DNA of 64,000 bases from contig JBKBTZ010000001.1 in assembly GCA_046290825.1 (NCBI GenBank), positions 29,364 to 93,363 on the forward strand, written 5' to 3'. This document shows positions 38,437 through 47,731 of the stretch, piece after piece (position 1 is the stretch's first letter; each line of letters begins with the position of its first letter). Position numbers and translations under genes: made by a program. Below the pieces are notes generated by a model. The model made no database searches. It saw only the letters and a program-made list of their open reading frames with translations, and had not been told where the DNA came from. This stretch comes from Limisphaerales bacterium (GTDB taxonomy: Bacteria > Verrucomicrobiota > Verrucomicrobiia > Limisphaerales > DSYF01).

Positions 38437-38651
38437 GAGCGGCGGACAGTAACAGCCCGGGCGGGCACCGTCGAGCCGGAGCGGGCGGGGGGAAACGCGG
38501 AGCGGAACGCGAAATCCCCGTCATGCGCCCCCCGGCGGGGCATCCTCGCGGCACGGTGGTTGCTTAATCAAACTGCGGTGGCGGCAAAACGTCATTTGAC
38601 AAACGCCATCTCCGAAAACATTGTTGCGCGTCCATGCGAGAACCAGCGGCC

Positions 38652-38999
38652 ATGTCCAAAGCCCGCGTCCCGTTGCCTCAAAGGCTGACGGCGGCCGCGC
38701 TGGTGGCCCTGTTCTGCTGGCTCAACGTCCTGGCGGTCGTTCCCGACCTGCACGCGGCGGCGCATTGTGATGGCCAGCACGCGGACGGCAACGCCCACCA
38801 CCAGCCGGTCCAGTCGCCGGAGCATCAATGCGCGGTCACGTTGCTGGCCCACGGCCAGGTTGAACTCGTGGTGCCGCCGACAGTGCCTGCCGCGCCCACC
38901 GATTTTGCCTTCCTCTCCGCGCCGGCTTCCCTGCCGGCTCATGCCTCCGTTGACCTGCGGCTTGCGCCCGGTCGCGGACCGCCCGCCCTTCCCGCCTGA
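38652..38999 (+). CDS. Small membrane-anchored His/Cys-rich protein (DUF2946-like)
   Basis: N-terminal TM segment (LTAAALVALFCWLNVLAVV), then HAAAHCDGQHADGNAHHQPVQSPEHQCAVTLLAHGQ. Start may be ATG 38652 or 38634. Confidence 0.5.
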   Translation: MSKARVPLPQRLTAAALVALFCWLNVLAVVPDLHAAAHCDGQHADGNAHHQPVQSPEHQCAVTLLAHGQVELVVPPTVPAAPTDFAFLSAPASLPAHASVDLRLAPGRGPPALPA

Positions 39000-39147
39000 T
39001 TCCCCGGCCTCGTGGCCTGACCCCGCTTGAAGTGTGCCCGCAAACCGGGCCGGGCGTTGGCCATGAGGGCTTCCTGCAACTCCTGAAACCAACGGGCCTG
39101 CCGTTGCCCGACACCGCGCCTGCGGTGTGCAAACCGGCATTCAACGC

Positions 39148-39843
39148 ATGAAAACCGTCCATCCGGTGGCGTCCCGTCGCGGGGCGTTCACCTTGATTGA
39201 GCTGCTCGTGGTCATCGCCATCCTCGCGATCCTCGCGGCGCTGCTGCTGCCCGCGCTGGCCCGCGCGAAGACCAAGGGCAAGGCCGTCGCCTGCGTCGGC
39301 CAGTTGCGCCAACTCGGCCTCGCGCTGCGCATGTATGCCGATGACGACCCGCGTGGCTGGCTGCCGGGCAGTTCCCACAGTGGAGCGGCCACCCACTCCT
39401 GGGTTTACACCCTGGCGCCGTATCTCGGTCAGGTGGACCGCGTCCGCATCTGTCCCGCCGATCCGAAGGGTGCCGAGCGCCTCGCCAATCGCGGCACCAG
39501 TTACATGCTGAATGAATACCTCGTAGTGGATGCCCTCGATGAATTCGGGCTGCCCCTGCCGGGCGATTCCGCGTGGCGCAAGCTCGACGCGCTCCCCCGC
39601 CCTGCCGAGGTCTTCGTCACCTTTGAGACCTCCGACCGCGCGGGCACGGGCACCGGACAGGACCACACCCATTCCCGCAACTGGACCGCCGGGTGGAACA
39701 GCGTCTTGACCGACATCCAGCCGGACCGCCACGGCAACGGTGCCAATTACCTTTTTGCCGACGGCCACGTGCAATTCGTGCGGGCCGTCACCCTCCGCCA
39801 ACGCCTCGAAAGCGGGGACAATTTCGCCAAACCCCGGCGGTGA
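39148..39843 (+). CDS. Prepilin-type N-terminal cleavage/methylation domain protein with H-X9-DG motif (DUF1559-like)
   Basis: [28 protein letters not shown] (G|FTLIE prepilin motif). The C-terminal [14 protein letters not shown] equals H-X9-DG. Confidence 0.85.
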   Translation: MKTVHPVASRRGAFTLIELLVVIAILAILAALLLPALARAKTKGKAVACVGQLRQLGLALRMYADDDPRGWLPGSSHSGAATHSWVYTLAPYLGQVDRVRICPADPKGAERLANRGTSYMLNEYLVVDALDEFGLPLPGDSAWRKLDALPRPAEVFVTFETSDRAGTGTGQDHTHSRNWTAGWNSVLTDIQPDRHGNGANYLFADGHVQFVRAVTLRQRLESGDNFAKPRR

Positions 39844-39903
39844 GTGCCGCCGGTTTTCCAGAAACAAAAGCAAGAACCAGAAAACACCAGAGAACCACAA
39901 ACC

Positions 39904-40626
39904 ATGAAACCGCAATACCTCCCCCGCGCCGCCGTGTCCGGGCTGGCCCTCGTCCTGGCCGCCGCCCTGCCGGCCGCCGCGCTGACCCCGATCTACTCGG
40001 GGCATACCGACATCGCGATCGGCTACAACCCCACGCTGAACCTGTGGGACCCGCACGTTCACGACGAGGAAAACGACATGGAATACGAGCCGGATGACGC
40101 CCTCATCGTCATCGGGCTGGACGCGCTCACGACGGTGCCCGCCGGGCCACAGTGGAGTTTTCTGGGCAGCCCCGGCAGCGCGACGTGGATTCTGACCAGC
40201 ACCGAGGTGCCCACGCTGCCCTACCTGGGGCTCAGCACCGAAGGCATCAGTCCGGGCACGTTCACGGGCGACACCCTTTCGTTCCGTCTCAAGGCCATCA
40301 GCGGGCCGGGGCACTTCGCCCTGTTTGACCTCGATTCGTTTGGCGACCCGATTGTGCTGATGAACTCGGGCGACGGCATCACGCTGGCGGACACGGCCAT
40401 CCTGCCCATCGGCAGCCACCTGCACTACCACTGGGCCTTCAGCGAGGCGGGCGATTACACGCTCACCTTCGAGGCCTTCGGCAATTCCGCGCTGCACGGC
40501 CTCACTTCGAGCGGCGACGTGGACTTCCTGTTCCGGGTGGACCCGATTCCGGAGCCTTCGACCTTCGCGCTGGTGACGCTGGGGCTGGCCGCCCTGGCGC
40601 TGCAACGGCGCAAGTCCCGCACTTGA
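39904..40626 (+). CDS. Choice-of-anchor-M-like (TIGR03769-like) surface protein with PEP-CTERM sorting signal
   Basis: Signal peptide. GHTDIAIGY..., WILTSTEVPTLPYLGLSTEGI and GSHLHYHWAFSEAGDYTLTFEA blocks. C-terminus IPEPSTFALVTLGLAALALQRRKSRT (PEP motif, TM segment, basic tail). Confidence 0.7.
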   Translation: MKPQYLPRAAVSGLALVLAAALPAAALTPIYSGHTDIAIGYNPTLNLWDPHVHDEENDMEYEPDDALIVIGLDALTTVPAGPQWSFLGSPGSATWILTSTEVPTLPYLGLSTEGISPGTFTGDTLSFRLKAISGPGHFALFDLDSFGDPIVLMNSGDGITLADTAILPIGSHLHYHWAFSEAGDYTLTFEAFGNSALHGLTSSGDVDFLFRVDPIPEPSTFALVTLGLAALALQRRKSRT

Positions 40627-40740
40627 GGGTGGGGAACGGGAGGCGCGCGGAGCGTGCTTGAGCTTGCGCCGCCGCGCGCCTCCCCACGCAGACCACCCGC
40701 AAAGCAGCTTTGCCCACGAAACTCACGAAAGGACACGAAA

Positions 40741-41823
40741 ATGAACCCCGATCGAATCAGGCACATGCCCGGTATATCTGGCGCGCTGTGGCTCACCGCC
40801 CTGCTCGCGTGGCCGACAGCGGGCCAGGTGTTGACGCTCACCAACCAGCACATGGACATCCGGTTCCAATATCATCCCGCCGCCAGCGGCACCAACCGGT
40901 TCAGCCTCGTGCTCGGCGTGGACCCCGGCCCCGTCCTCCTGAGCAATTACCAGTTCACCATCACCGCCCACACCAACGCCCAGCGCATCATTCCCGCAAA
41001 CCCGAACTTTGCCTTCCTCGGCCCGGCGGGCGCGCCGGTGTGGATTCTGCCGCAGACGCAGGACCCGCTCCGCCCCTATCTCGGCGTTTCGGCGGAGGAC
41101 ATTTCGCCCGCCGACTTCGACAACCCGCTGCGCCTCGAACTCGTCGGCGTGGAAGGACCGGGCAACTTCTTCGTCTATTCCGTCAGCGGTGCCGGCAATC
41201 CGCCAGACGTGAAAATGGTCTTCACCAACGGCGTCGTCTCGCCGGCCCAATTCTTCTCCACGGAATTCGTCGGCAGCCACAGCCACAACAACTGGGCCTT
41301 CAGCACCAACGGCCTTTACCGCGTCACCTTTCGCGCCGTCGGCTCACCCGCCGGCACCGGCACGAATCTCGTCGGGCGCGACGTGGCCTTCGCCTTTCAA
41401 CTGCTTCCCCTCCGTCCGTGGGAATCCTGGGTGAGCACCCAGTGGCCGCCCGCCACGCCCGGCGCCATTGCCGGTCCCGCTGCCGACCCGGATGGCGACG
41501 GCCTGGTCAACGCGGTGGAATACGCCCTCGGCCTGGATCCGAACGCCCCTTCGCACAGCGGTCGGCCGTTCGCGGGCCTGGTCAACGAAGGCGGCCAGAC
41601 CTATGGCACCCTCACCTACACCCGCGTCAAGGCCGCCACAGACGTGACCTATGAACCGGTCGTGCGCGCCAGCCTCACGGATGAAAACGGGACACTCCTG
41701 ACCAACGTGGTGAGCGTCGTGGACCTGGGGCCGACCGAGCGGGTGACGGTGCGCGACGCGCCGCCGGTTTCCGCGTCCAGCGCGCGGTTTTATCAGCTTC
41801 GCGTCCGGCTGAATTATCCCTGA
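40741..41823 (+). CDS. Choice-of-anchor-M-like surface protein, paralog, with DPDGDG calcium-binding-like motif
   Basis: NQHMDIRFQY, VWILPQTQDPLRPYLGVSAEDI, GSHSHNNWAFSTNGLYRVTFRAVG, and DPDGDGLVNAVEYALGLDPNAP. The last 158 nt are duplicated at 44773-44930. Confidence 0.7.
   Translation: MNPDRIRHMPGISGALWLTALLAWPTAGQVLTLTNQHMDIRFQYHPAASGTNRFSLVLGVDPGPVLLSNYQFTITAHTNAQRIIPANPNFAFLGPAGAPVWILPQTQDPLRPYLGVSAEDISPADFDNPLRLELVGVEGPGNFFVYSVSGAGNPPDVKMVFTNGVVSPAQFFSTEFVGSHSHNNWAFSTNGLYRVTFRAVGSPAGTGTNLVGRDVAFAFQLLPLRPWESWVSTQWPPATPGAIAGPAADPDGDGLVNAVEYALGLDPNAPSHSGRPFAGLVNEGGQTYGTLTYTRVKAATDVTYEPVVRASLTDENGTLLTNVVSVVDLGPTERVTVRDAPPVSASSARFYQLRVRLNYP
41666..41823 (+). repeat. 158-bp direct repeat, copy 1 (3' end of the intact surface-protein gene)
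   Basis: Hand-aligned to 44773-44930: same length, with 3 mismatches at 41718/44825, 41776/44883 and 41817/44924. Confidence 0.9.
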
Positions 41824-42074
41824 TCTTCCCCAGTTTCCGTCCTTGTCGCGGAAGTGATCAACATACCCAGTTCCACATTGAGAGCTCTTGATATGCGGAG
41901 TAGCGTGTCCAACGTTGGGTTTCGCAGATCACGCTCCATCAAACTGATCATCGCCTGGGATAATCCTGCCTTTTGAGCAAGCTCATTCATTGAAATCCCC
42001 TGCCTTTCGCGCTCGCTTCGCAGCAGTTTTACAACCCGGCTGCAAATTTTTTCTCTAAGGGCATCTTCCCGCAC
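41814..42074 (-). CDS. XRE-family helix-turn-helix transcriptional regulator
   Basis: ERERQGISMNELAQKAGLSQAMISLMERDLRNPTLDTLLRISRAL (HTH_3/XRE pattern). GTG start at 42072-42074. The stop TAA (41814-41816) lies inside repeat copy 1. Confidence 0.8.
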   Translation of the reverse strand: MREDALREKICSRVVKLLRSERERQGISMNELAQKAGLSQAMISLMERDLRNPTLDTLLRISRALNVELGMLITSATRTETGEDQG

Positions 42075-42134
42075 CCCTGAGCATTAAGCGAAATGTTGCT
42101 TGACACGGCATATTACAATAGTTATTTGGGCGAT

Positions 42135-43892
42135 ATGACTATAGTTAACCCTGGTTGGGTCGTCGCGGCTTTGGCGCTAAATTTGCTCGCGGGGCTGTTA
42201 TCCATCGGCGGGGTCGCTCTTGGTCAAACTGTGCCGCCGTTTCCTGGCAATTGGGAACCCGGCACAAATTCCGGTTCAAGTGCTTTATCTTTTCCGACAC
42301 TGAAATCCAGTCGTCCGGATTCTTATCCAACAAACGCAACGCTCAAATGGCAGATTCTACTGCCCGGTGGAGACGGACACAATTTTGCTGCTTTGGCGCT
42401 TGCTCCGGACGGAACGCTTTTTTGCGCGAACCTGACGTCCACCTCAGGCGGCGGCGAAAATTCAAACTGGGCCAACAGTCTTTGGGCAATCGACCCAGGA
42501 CTTGTTGACCCCGCCGCTTCTGAATATCCATCCCCCGACATGTTCGCAAAATGGGCAGTCTATTTTGGAGGGTTTGGTGCCGGCACAACTCCTGCGGTTA
42601 CGTTGACTGGAACGGTCGTCACTTCCCTGGGTTTGGGTTGCATTGGTGCCCTTGATGTTGAGGGGGGCGAATTGGTCTGGTCAGTCAGCTTTGTTGAGGG
42701 CTTGATGGGAGGAATGATTTGGGCCGAACCTTCCGCCGACGACAATTCGGACACAGTTTTCTTTCCAATTGGCAGTCGTATTTTTGCAGTAACCAATGCT
42801 CCCGGATTCGTCTCATTCCATCACGAAACGAACTACACGCCATTTCTTTCATGGGTGGACACCTACGCGCTCACAAATGTTGCTGTCAGGTGGACTTTCA
42901 CGTTTCCCAAGACGAACCCAATTGCCCGCGTCTCCTGGGACAACATGGAGTTTTACCAGAGTTCCCTGACCTTGGGTAAATCAGGACTGCTGTATGTCAA
43001 CTCGCAGGGCGGGCAAATTTTCGCAATAGACACTACCAACGGAAATCTGGCTTGGATCACGGTTACGAATGGAAGCCTGGCTTCTGCCCCAATCGAAGGC
43101 ACCGATGGCACAATCTACTATTCGTGCGGTGGCAGCCTCTTGGCTGTGAATCCATCGGCGACAACGAGCAACGGTGTTATGGGATTCAAATGGCGCCTGA
43201 CCGGGGCGACCAACAGTCTTGGTCAAGTTGTCGAATATTTCGAAAATGCCCCGGTTCTCATGGCAGGCGGAATTCTTCTTGTTGATTCCGAAGGGTTCGA
43301 AGGAGCGGAGGCGGTTGGCTGGGTAAGTGCCTTGGATTCCCGAACCGGCGAAAGAATCTGGAAAAATGAAATTTTCCGTGATTCATCAGTGGTTCAGCCG
43401 GATGGCAAGCGATGCGCAATAGCGGTGGCGTCCGATGGCCAGATATATGTCACCACCCCAACTGGGGCTTTTTATTCCTTTGGGCCAGACGGAAAGACCA
43501 ACTGGGTGTATGAAACGGGGGGAGTTCTGGGGACTCCGCTTATTGGCCCGGACGGAACAGTCTTTGTGAGCACCGCCTACGGGCCGAGGTATGTTTACGC
43601 ATTCGACGGGCGGACGGGTCCCGATTGTTCGGTCTGGCCGCAGCACCGTCGGAACACGCGCAAAACCTCAGCTATGCCGCAGCTTCATCTGGGTCTTCCG
43701 ATGTTCTCGTCGCACGGGGCGACGATGAACATATCCGGGGTGTCCAATCTTCCGGTATGCCTGTGTGCAACTCAGGATTTCCTCACATGGACCAATCTCG
43801 GACAATTGGTGCTGACAAACGGGACCGGGGCCTTTTCTGACCGGCATGCCACCAACTTGGATGCCAGATTCTACTTTGCAAAACCACAATGA
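42135..43892 (+). CDS. PQQ-like beta-propeller repeat protein, secreted, with shared C-terminal module
   Basis: Signal/TM segment (VVAALALNLLAGLLSIGGVALGQ). Propeller repeats (DGTIYYSCGGSLLAV, DGQIYVTTPTGAFYSF, DGTVFVSTAYGPRYVYAF). A WPQHRRNTRKTS motif, and the tail ...FLTWTNLG...ARFYFAKPQ*. Start may be 42135 or 42093. Confidence 0.7.
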   Translation: MTIVNPGWVVAALALNLLAGLLSIGGVALGQTVPPFPGNWEPGTNSGSSALSFPTLKSSRPDSYPTNATLKWQILLPGGDGHNFAALALAPDGTLFCANLTSTSGGGENSNWANSLWAIDPGLVDPAASEYPSPDMFAKWAVYFGGFGAGTTPAVTLTGTVVTSLGLGCIGALDVEGGELVWSVSFVEGLMGGMIWAEPSADDNSDTVFFPIGSRIFAVTNAPGFVSFHHETNYTPFLSWVDTYALTNVAVRWTFTFPKTNPIARVSWDNMEFYQSSLTLGKSGLLYVNSQGGQIFAIDTTNGNLAWITVTNGSLASAPIEGTDGTIYYSCGGSLLAVNPSATTSNGVMGFKWRLTGATNSLGQVVEYFENAPVLMAGGILLVDSEGFEGAEAVGWVSALDSRTGERIWKNEIFRDSSVVQPDGKRCAIAVASDGQIYVTTPTGAFYSFGPDGKTNWVYETGGVLGTPLIGPDGTVFVSTAYGPRYVYAFDGRTGPDCSVWPQHRRNTRKTSAMPQLHLGLPMFSSHGATMNISGVSNLPVCLCATQDFLTWTNLGQLVLTNGTGAFSDRHATNLDARFYFAKPQ

Positions 43893-43911
43893 AGCCCTTA
43901 ACTGGCGCAAA

Positions 43912-44703
43912 ATGAAAACTGTGGCCCGCAGACTTGTTACAGCGCCACGCCTTGGCTTCACCCTGATTGAACTGCTTGTGGTGATAGGCATTATCGGAAT
44001 CCTCGCCGCGATGCTTCTGCCGGCACTTTCGGCGGCGAAAGACCGAGCGCGTCGGCAGTTGGCCAAACTTCAGATTGGTGAACTAGTCGTTGCCATCAAT
44101 CAATACGAGTCGATTTACAGTCGTCCGCCGGTTTCGAGCAACGCGCTGTCTTCTGCATCTGCCTTAGGGACAGACTTGACCTTTGGGACAACTTTGCCCA
44201 CCCCTTCAGGAACGCAGCTTCCGGTTTTCGGCCCAGGATACACGGCGAGCAACGCAGAAATCGTTGCGATCCTTGCGGACCTTGAAACTTATGGTGATGG
44301 AACACCCACCCTCAACGCAGGCCACGCCCGCAACCCACAGCAACACAAGCTGCTAAATCCAAAATTCGTGAACAGGAGTGAAGCTGGCGGCGTGGGATCA
44401 GATGGCGTGTATCGGGATCCTTGGGGAAACCCATACATCATCACAGTCGATCTGAATTTTGACCGGCGATGCAAAGATATTTTTTACCGGCAAAGGACAG
44501 TTTCACAGCAGAGTGCCGGGAATGCAGCAGGCTACAATGGCTTGGTGAACGGCCCGTCAAATCCAGGGAGCCCCGATAGTGATCATTTCGAGTCAAACGG
44601 CGGGGTCATGGTCTGGTCTGCTGGGCCGGACAAAATGGTGGATCCTGCGAGCAAAGCAAATTCGGGGGCCAACAAGGATAATATTCTCAGTTGGCGTGAC
44701 TAA
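43912..44703 (+). CDS. Type II secretion GspG-like pseudopilin (prepilin-type N-terminal methylation domain)
   Basis: [32 protein letters not shown], then DPWGNPYII (GspG-like block) and VWSAGPDKM. Confidence 0.8.
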   Translation: MKTVARRLVTAPRLGFTLIELLVVIGIIGILAAMLLPALSAAKDRARRQLAKLQIGELVVAINQYESIYSRPPVSSNALSSASALGTDLTFGTTLPTPSGTQLPVFGPGYTASNAEIVAILADLETYGDGTPTLNAGHARNPQQHKLLNPKFVNRSEAGGVGSDGVYRDPWGNPYIITVDLNFDRRCKDIFYRQRTVSQQSAGNAAGYNGLVNGPSNPGSPDSDHFESNGGVMVWSAGPDKMVDPASKANSGANKDNILSWRD

Positions 44704-44771
44704 CCTGCTCGTTCCCTCCACCCTATTCTTTCCCTTCTGCCGCCATCGGCCACGCGAGATGCCCCGTCTTC

Positions 44772-44930
44772 TGCGCCAGCCTCACGGATGAAAACGGGAC
44801 ACTCCTGACCAACGTGGTGAGCGTGGTGGACCTGGGGCCGACCGAGCGGGTGACGGTGCGCGACGCGCCGCCGGTTTCCGCGGCCAGCGCGCGGTTTTAT
44901 CAGCTTCGCGTCCGGCTGAATTACCCCTGA
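44772..44930 (+). pseudogene. Orphan 3' fragment of a choice-of-anchor-M-like gene (direct repeat copy 2)
   Basis: It encodes ...ASLTDENGTLLTNVVSVVDLGPTERVTVRDAPPVSAASARFYQLRVRLNYP* in frame with a stop at 44928-44930, but has no start codon or upstream homology. The two copies diverge sharply upstream of 41666/44773. Confidence 0.7.
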
Positions 44931-45090
44931 AATGGCTGGATTCGCGTTTTTGCGGCGGTTCGGCAAGGGATTTGCTAAATTGCGAACCGCCCGCCAAACC
45001 GGGCACCACCGCATGTTTTTGCGACAATAACTCGGACAAATTCCGGGCGCGCGGATCTCCGTTTCCCCGCGCCCACCCAACTGAGCCGCC

Positions 45091-45870
45091 GTGAAAATCA
45101 TTCCTCCCGCCGCGCCCGTCATCCTCGAGATCAACCACCTCCGCGTGGAATACACCACCCGCGAGCTGGGCGGCGCCACCAAGGTCGCCGTCAAGGACCT
45201 CTCGCTCGAGGTCCACGCCGGCGAGGTCTTCGGCTTCCTCGGCCCCAACGGCGCCGGCAAGACCTCGACCATGAACGTCCTGCTCGGCTTCACGCAGCCG
45301 ACGGCGGGCCGCGTCTGCCTGTTCGGCGTGAATGTCGCCGAGACCATCGCGCGCCAGCGGCTCGGCTACCTGCCCGAACTGACCTACTACTACAAGTTTC
45401 TGACCGCCGAGGAACTGCTCCGCTTTTACGCCCGCATCTTCGGCATTCCGAAGGCCGAACGGGAGAAGCGCATTGACGAGGTAATCCAGCTCGTCGAACT
45501 CGAGCACGCCCGGAAGCGTCTCATCAAAACCTACTCGAAGGGCATGCAGCAGCGCGTCGGCCTGGCCCAGGCGCTCATCAACAATCCCGACCTGCTCATC
45601 CTCGACGAGCCGACCAGCGGCCTGGATCCGCTCGGGCGCATGAAGGTCCGCAACATCATCCAGCGCCTGAAAAACGAGGGCAAAACCGTCTTCTTCTCCT
45701 CCCACGAACTCGGCGAGGTCGAGACCGTCTGTGACCGCGTCGCCATCCTGCATCAGGGCGAACTCAAGGTGCTGGGCCGCGTGGACGACCTCGCCCGCGA
45801 GCACAAGTGCAGCCTCGAACAACTGTTCCTCCGCGTCGTGGGTTACGAACCCGAAGCTGTTGCCGCATGA
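45091..45870 (+). CDS. ABC transporter ATP-binding protein (ABC-2 subfamily partner)
   Basis: GTG start. Walker A GPNGAGKTS, signature YSKGMQQR, Walker B LLILDEPTSGLD, and SSHEL (H-loop). Confidence 0.9.
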   Translation: MKIIPPAAPVILEINHLRVEYTTRELGGATKVAVKDLSLEVHAGEVFGFLGPNGAGKTSTMNVLLGFTQPTAGRVCLFGVNVAETIARQRLGYLPELTYYYKFLTAEELLRFYARIFGIPKAEREKRIDEVIQLVELEHARKRLIKTYSKGMQQRVGLAQALINNPDLLILDEPTSGLDPLGRMKVRNIIQRLKNEGKTVFFSSHELGEVETVCDRVAILHQGELKVLGRVDDLAREHKCSLEQLFLRVVGYEPEAVAA

Positions 45871-46643
45871 AAAACTCCCTCGCCGTCGCCCAGGTCGTCG
45901 TGCTGGAAATGATCCGGCGCAAGGACTTCTACGTCCTGTTCGCCCTCACCGCGCTCATCACCGCGCTGATGGGGTCGGTCACGTTCTTCGACGACCCGAA
46001 GATCGCGCGCTATCTCAAGGAGGTCTGCCTGGCGTTGATCTGGGTCAGCGCACTGTTCATCGGCATCGGCACCGCGGCGCGGCAGTTCCCCGCCGAGCGC
46101 GAGAGCCGGACGATTTTCCCGCTGATGGCCAAGCCCATCACGCGGGGCCAGGTGTTGCTGGGCAAGTTTCTCGGCTGCTGGCTCGCCACCGCCGCCGGGC
46201 TGCTGGTGTTTTACCTGTTCTTCGGCGGCGTGGTGGCCTCCAAGGAACACGCGCTTTACCCGGTGAATTATTTCCAAGCCTGGTCACTGCATTGCGCGAT
46301 GATGGCCGTGGTGGTGGCGATCACGCTGCTGGGCTCGCTCCTGCTCAGTTCCGTGGCCGCGAACCTGACGATGACCACGGTGCTGACCCTCGGCATCCTC
46401 TTCGTTGGACGGCACCTGAACAAGGTCGCGTTGCAGGTGGGAGACCCCCTTGGGACCGTCATTTACGGCATTTACTACACGATCCCGCACCTTGAACTGT
46501 TCGATGTGCGCGACCTGATCGTCCACAACTGGCCGGCCATCCCGTGGGGCATCTGGGCCATCGCGTTGGCGTATGCCGGCGTGTATGCCGCGCTGGTGCT
46601 CACCGGCGCCTGGCTGGTTCTCCGCAAGAAGGCGCTGCAATGA
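45867..46643 (+). CDS. ABC-2 family transporter permease
   Basis: ATG overlaps the upstream stop (ATGA). Six hydrophobic segments, and an AERESRTIFPLMAKPITRGQVLLGKFLG block typical of ABC2_membrane-type permeases. Confidence 0.8.
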   Translation: MKNSLAVAQVVVLEMIRRKDFYVLFALTALITALMGSVTFFDDPKIARYLKEVCLALIWVSALFIGIGTAARQFPAERESRTIFPLMAKPITRGQVLLGKFLGCWLATAAGLLVFYLFFGGVVASKEHALYPVNYFQAWSLHCAMMAVVVAITLLGSLLLSSVAANLTMTTVLTLGILFVGRHLNKVALQVGDPLGTVIYGIYYTIPHLELFDVRDLIVHNWPAIPWGIWAIALAYAGVYAALVLTGAWLVLRKKALQ

Positions 46644-47578
46644 AAGGCCGCTGGACAGGGGCACTGTGCGCGCTCGCGCTGCTGGTCGCCGGGGCCGGCC
46701 TGGCCGCGCGGCTGGACTGCTGGTTTCTCCAGTGGCCCGGCAACCGCGCCAAGACCTGGAACCCGCTGGATGTCTTCGTGGGGCAGGGCCAACGCCTGTT
46801 TGGCGGCCACTTCTACCGCAAGGCCGATGTCTATTTCCACCAGGGGTTTTATCCTTCGATCTTCGACAACAACGCGGCCTTCCAGACCGAGCACATGGCG
46901 GCGGACGCGGACCTGGCGCACGACCGCAATGCGGGCGACGAGCATGATTTCCTGGGCGGGCCGCGCGACATCATCGAGCGGTTCAGCCGCCACTTCTTTC
47001 CCTCGCAACACACCCATCTGGGCGAGGGGCAGTGCGCCCACGACCACGACCACGATCATGACCATGCCGCGCCCGGGCCGGACGGCAACCAGGTGCGCGA
47101 GATTCTGCCGTGGCTGCGCATCGCCGCCACGCTGGATCCCGAAATGCCGGAAACCTACACCGTAGCCGCCTACTGGCTGCGCGAGCGCATGGGCAAGGAC
47201 CGCGAGGCGGAACAGTTTCTGCGGGAGGGGCTGAAACACCTGCCGAATCATCCGCAACTGCTCTTCGAACTGGGCCGCATCTACCGCGAGAGCCGCAACG
47301 ATCCCGAACGTGCCCGCAACATCTGGCGCCACGCTTCGCGCGTCAGCCCCGGCTGGAAGGAGAATGCCACCCCGCAGGAGCAGTTCATCCTGCTGCAGAT
47401 CGAAAGCCGCCTGGCCAAACTGGCGGAGGACCAGCACGACCTCCCCGCCGCCATCACGCACTGGCAGAACGTGGCGCGGTTCAGCCCTGTCCCGGAGGAA
47501 ATCCAGAAGCATATTGCCCAACTGCGCCAGCGCATGGCCACCGGCACGAACGCGGTTCCGTTCTATCTGCAACCGTGA
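46640..47578 (+). CDS. Membrane-anchored protein with HDHDHDHDH tract and TPR-like C-terminal half
   Basis: ATG overlaps the upstream stop (ATGA). N-terminal TM segment (ALCALALLVAGAGLAA). A His/Asp repeat lies at nt 47039-47065, and TPR-like helices follow (YTVAAYWLRE..., LLFELGRIYRE...). Confidence 0.6.
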   Translation: MKGRWTGALCALALLVAGAGLAARLDCWFLQWPGNRAKTWNPLDVFVGQGQRLFGGHFYRKADVYFHQGFYPSIFDNNAAFQTEHMAADADLAHDRNAGDEHDFLGGPRDIIERFSRHFFPSQHTHLGEGQCAHDHDHDHDHAAPGPDGNQVREILPWLRIAATLDPEMPETYTVAAYWLRERMGKDREAEQFLREGLKHLPNHPQLLFELGRIYRESRNDPERARNIWRHASRVSPGWKENATPQEQFILLQIESRLAKLAEDQHDLPAAITHWQNVARFSPVPEEIQKHIAQLRQRMATGTNAVPFYLQP

Positions 47579-47731
47579 GCCGGAATGACCGCGGTGACGC
47601 GGGGTGGCCGGCCCGCCCCCGGGTTCTTGGGCGCGGCTTGATTCGTCACATTTTGCCCCTTGCGTTTTGCCGGGAGGGGCGAAACGATTTGAGCGTTCCC
47701 GGAAACAACCCCGCACTCGAAAGGAACCGCC

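Larger units (their letters stand above)
41824..44772. mobile_element. Putative integrase-less genomic islet (low GC, 3 genes) between the direct repeats
   Basis: Visibly AT-richer than its flanks. Hand counts: 42301-42360 = 27/60 GC and 44101-44160 = 32/60, versus the flank 41701-41760 = 44/60. It is bracketed by 158-bp repeats. No recombinase gene lies inside. Confidence 0.45.

Noticed and set aside
38836-40605. 589-aa ORF on the minus strand
   Set aside because: It is antisense to the prepilin-like and PEP-CTERM genes, both of which have clear sorting and methylation motifs on the plus strand.
42100-42128. TTGACA-17 nt-TATTTG in the divergent XRE/propeller intergenic region, which would place a start site on the A of ATG 42135 (leaderless mRNA)
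   Set aside because: The -35 is perfect, but the -10 matches only 3 of 6 positions and lacks the invariant final T. The alternative ATG at 42093 would lie upstream of it. It is noted as context for the islet but not reported as a feature.
47651-47671. Direct repeat TTTTGCC...TTTTGCC upstream of the PstS-like gene, considered as a Pho box
   Set aside because: The spacing is 14 nt rather than the roughly 11-nt helical repeat, and there is no similarity to the CTGTCAT core. It is too weak to call.
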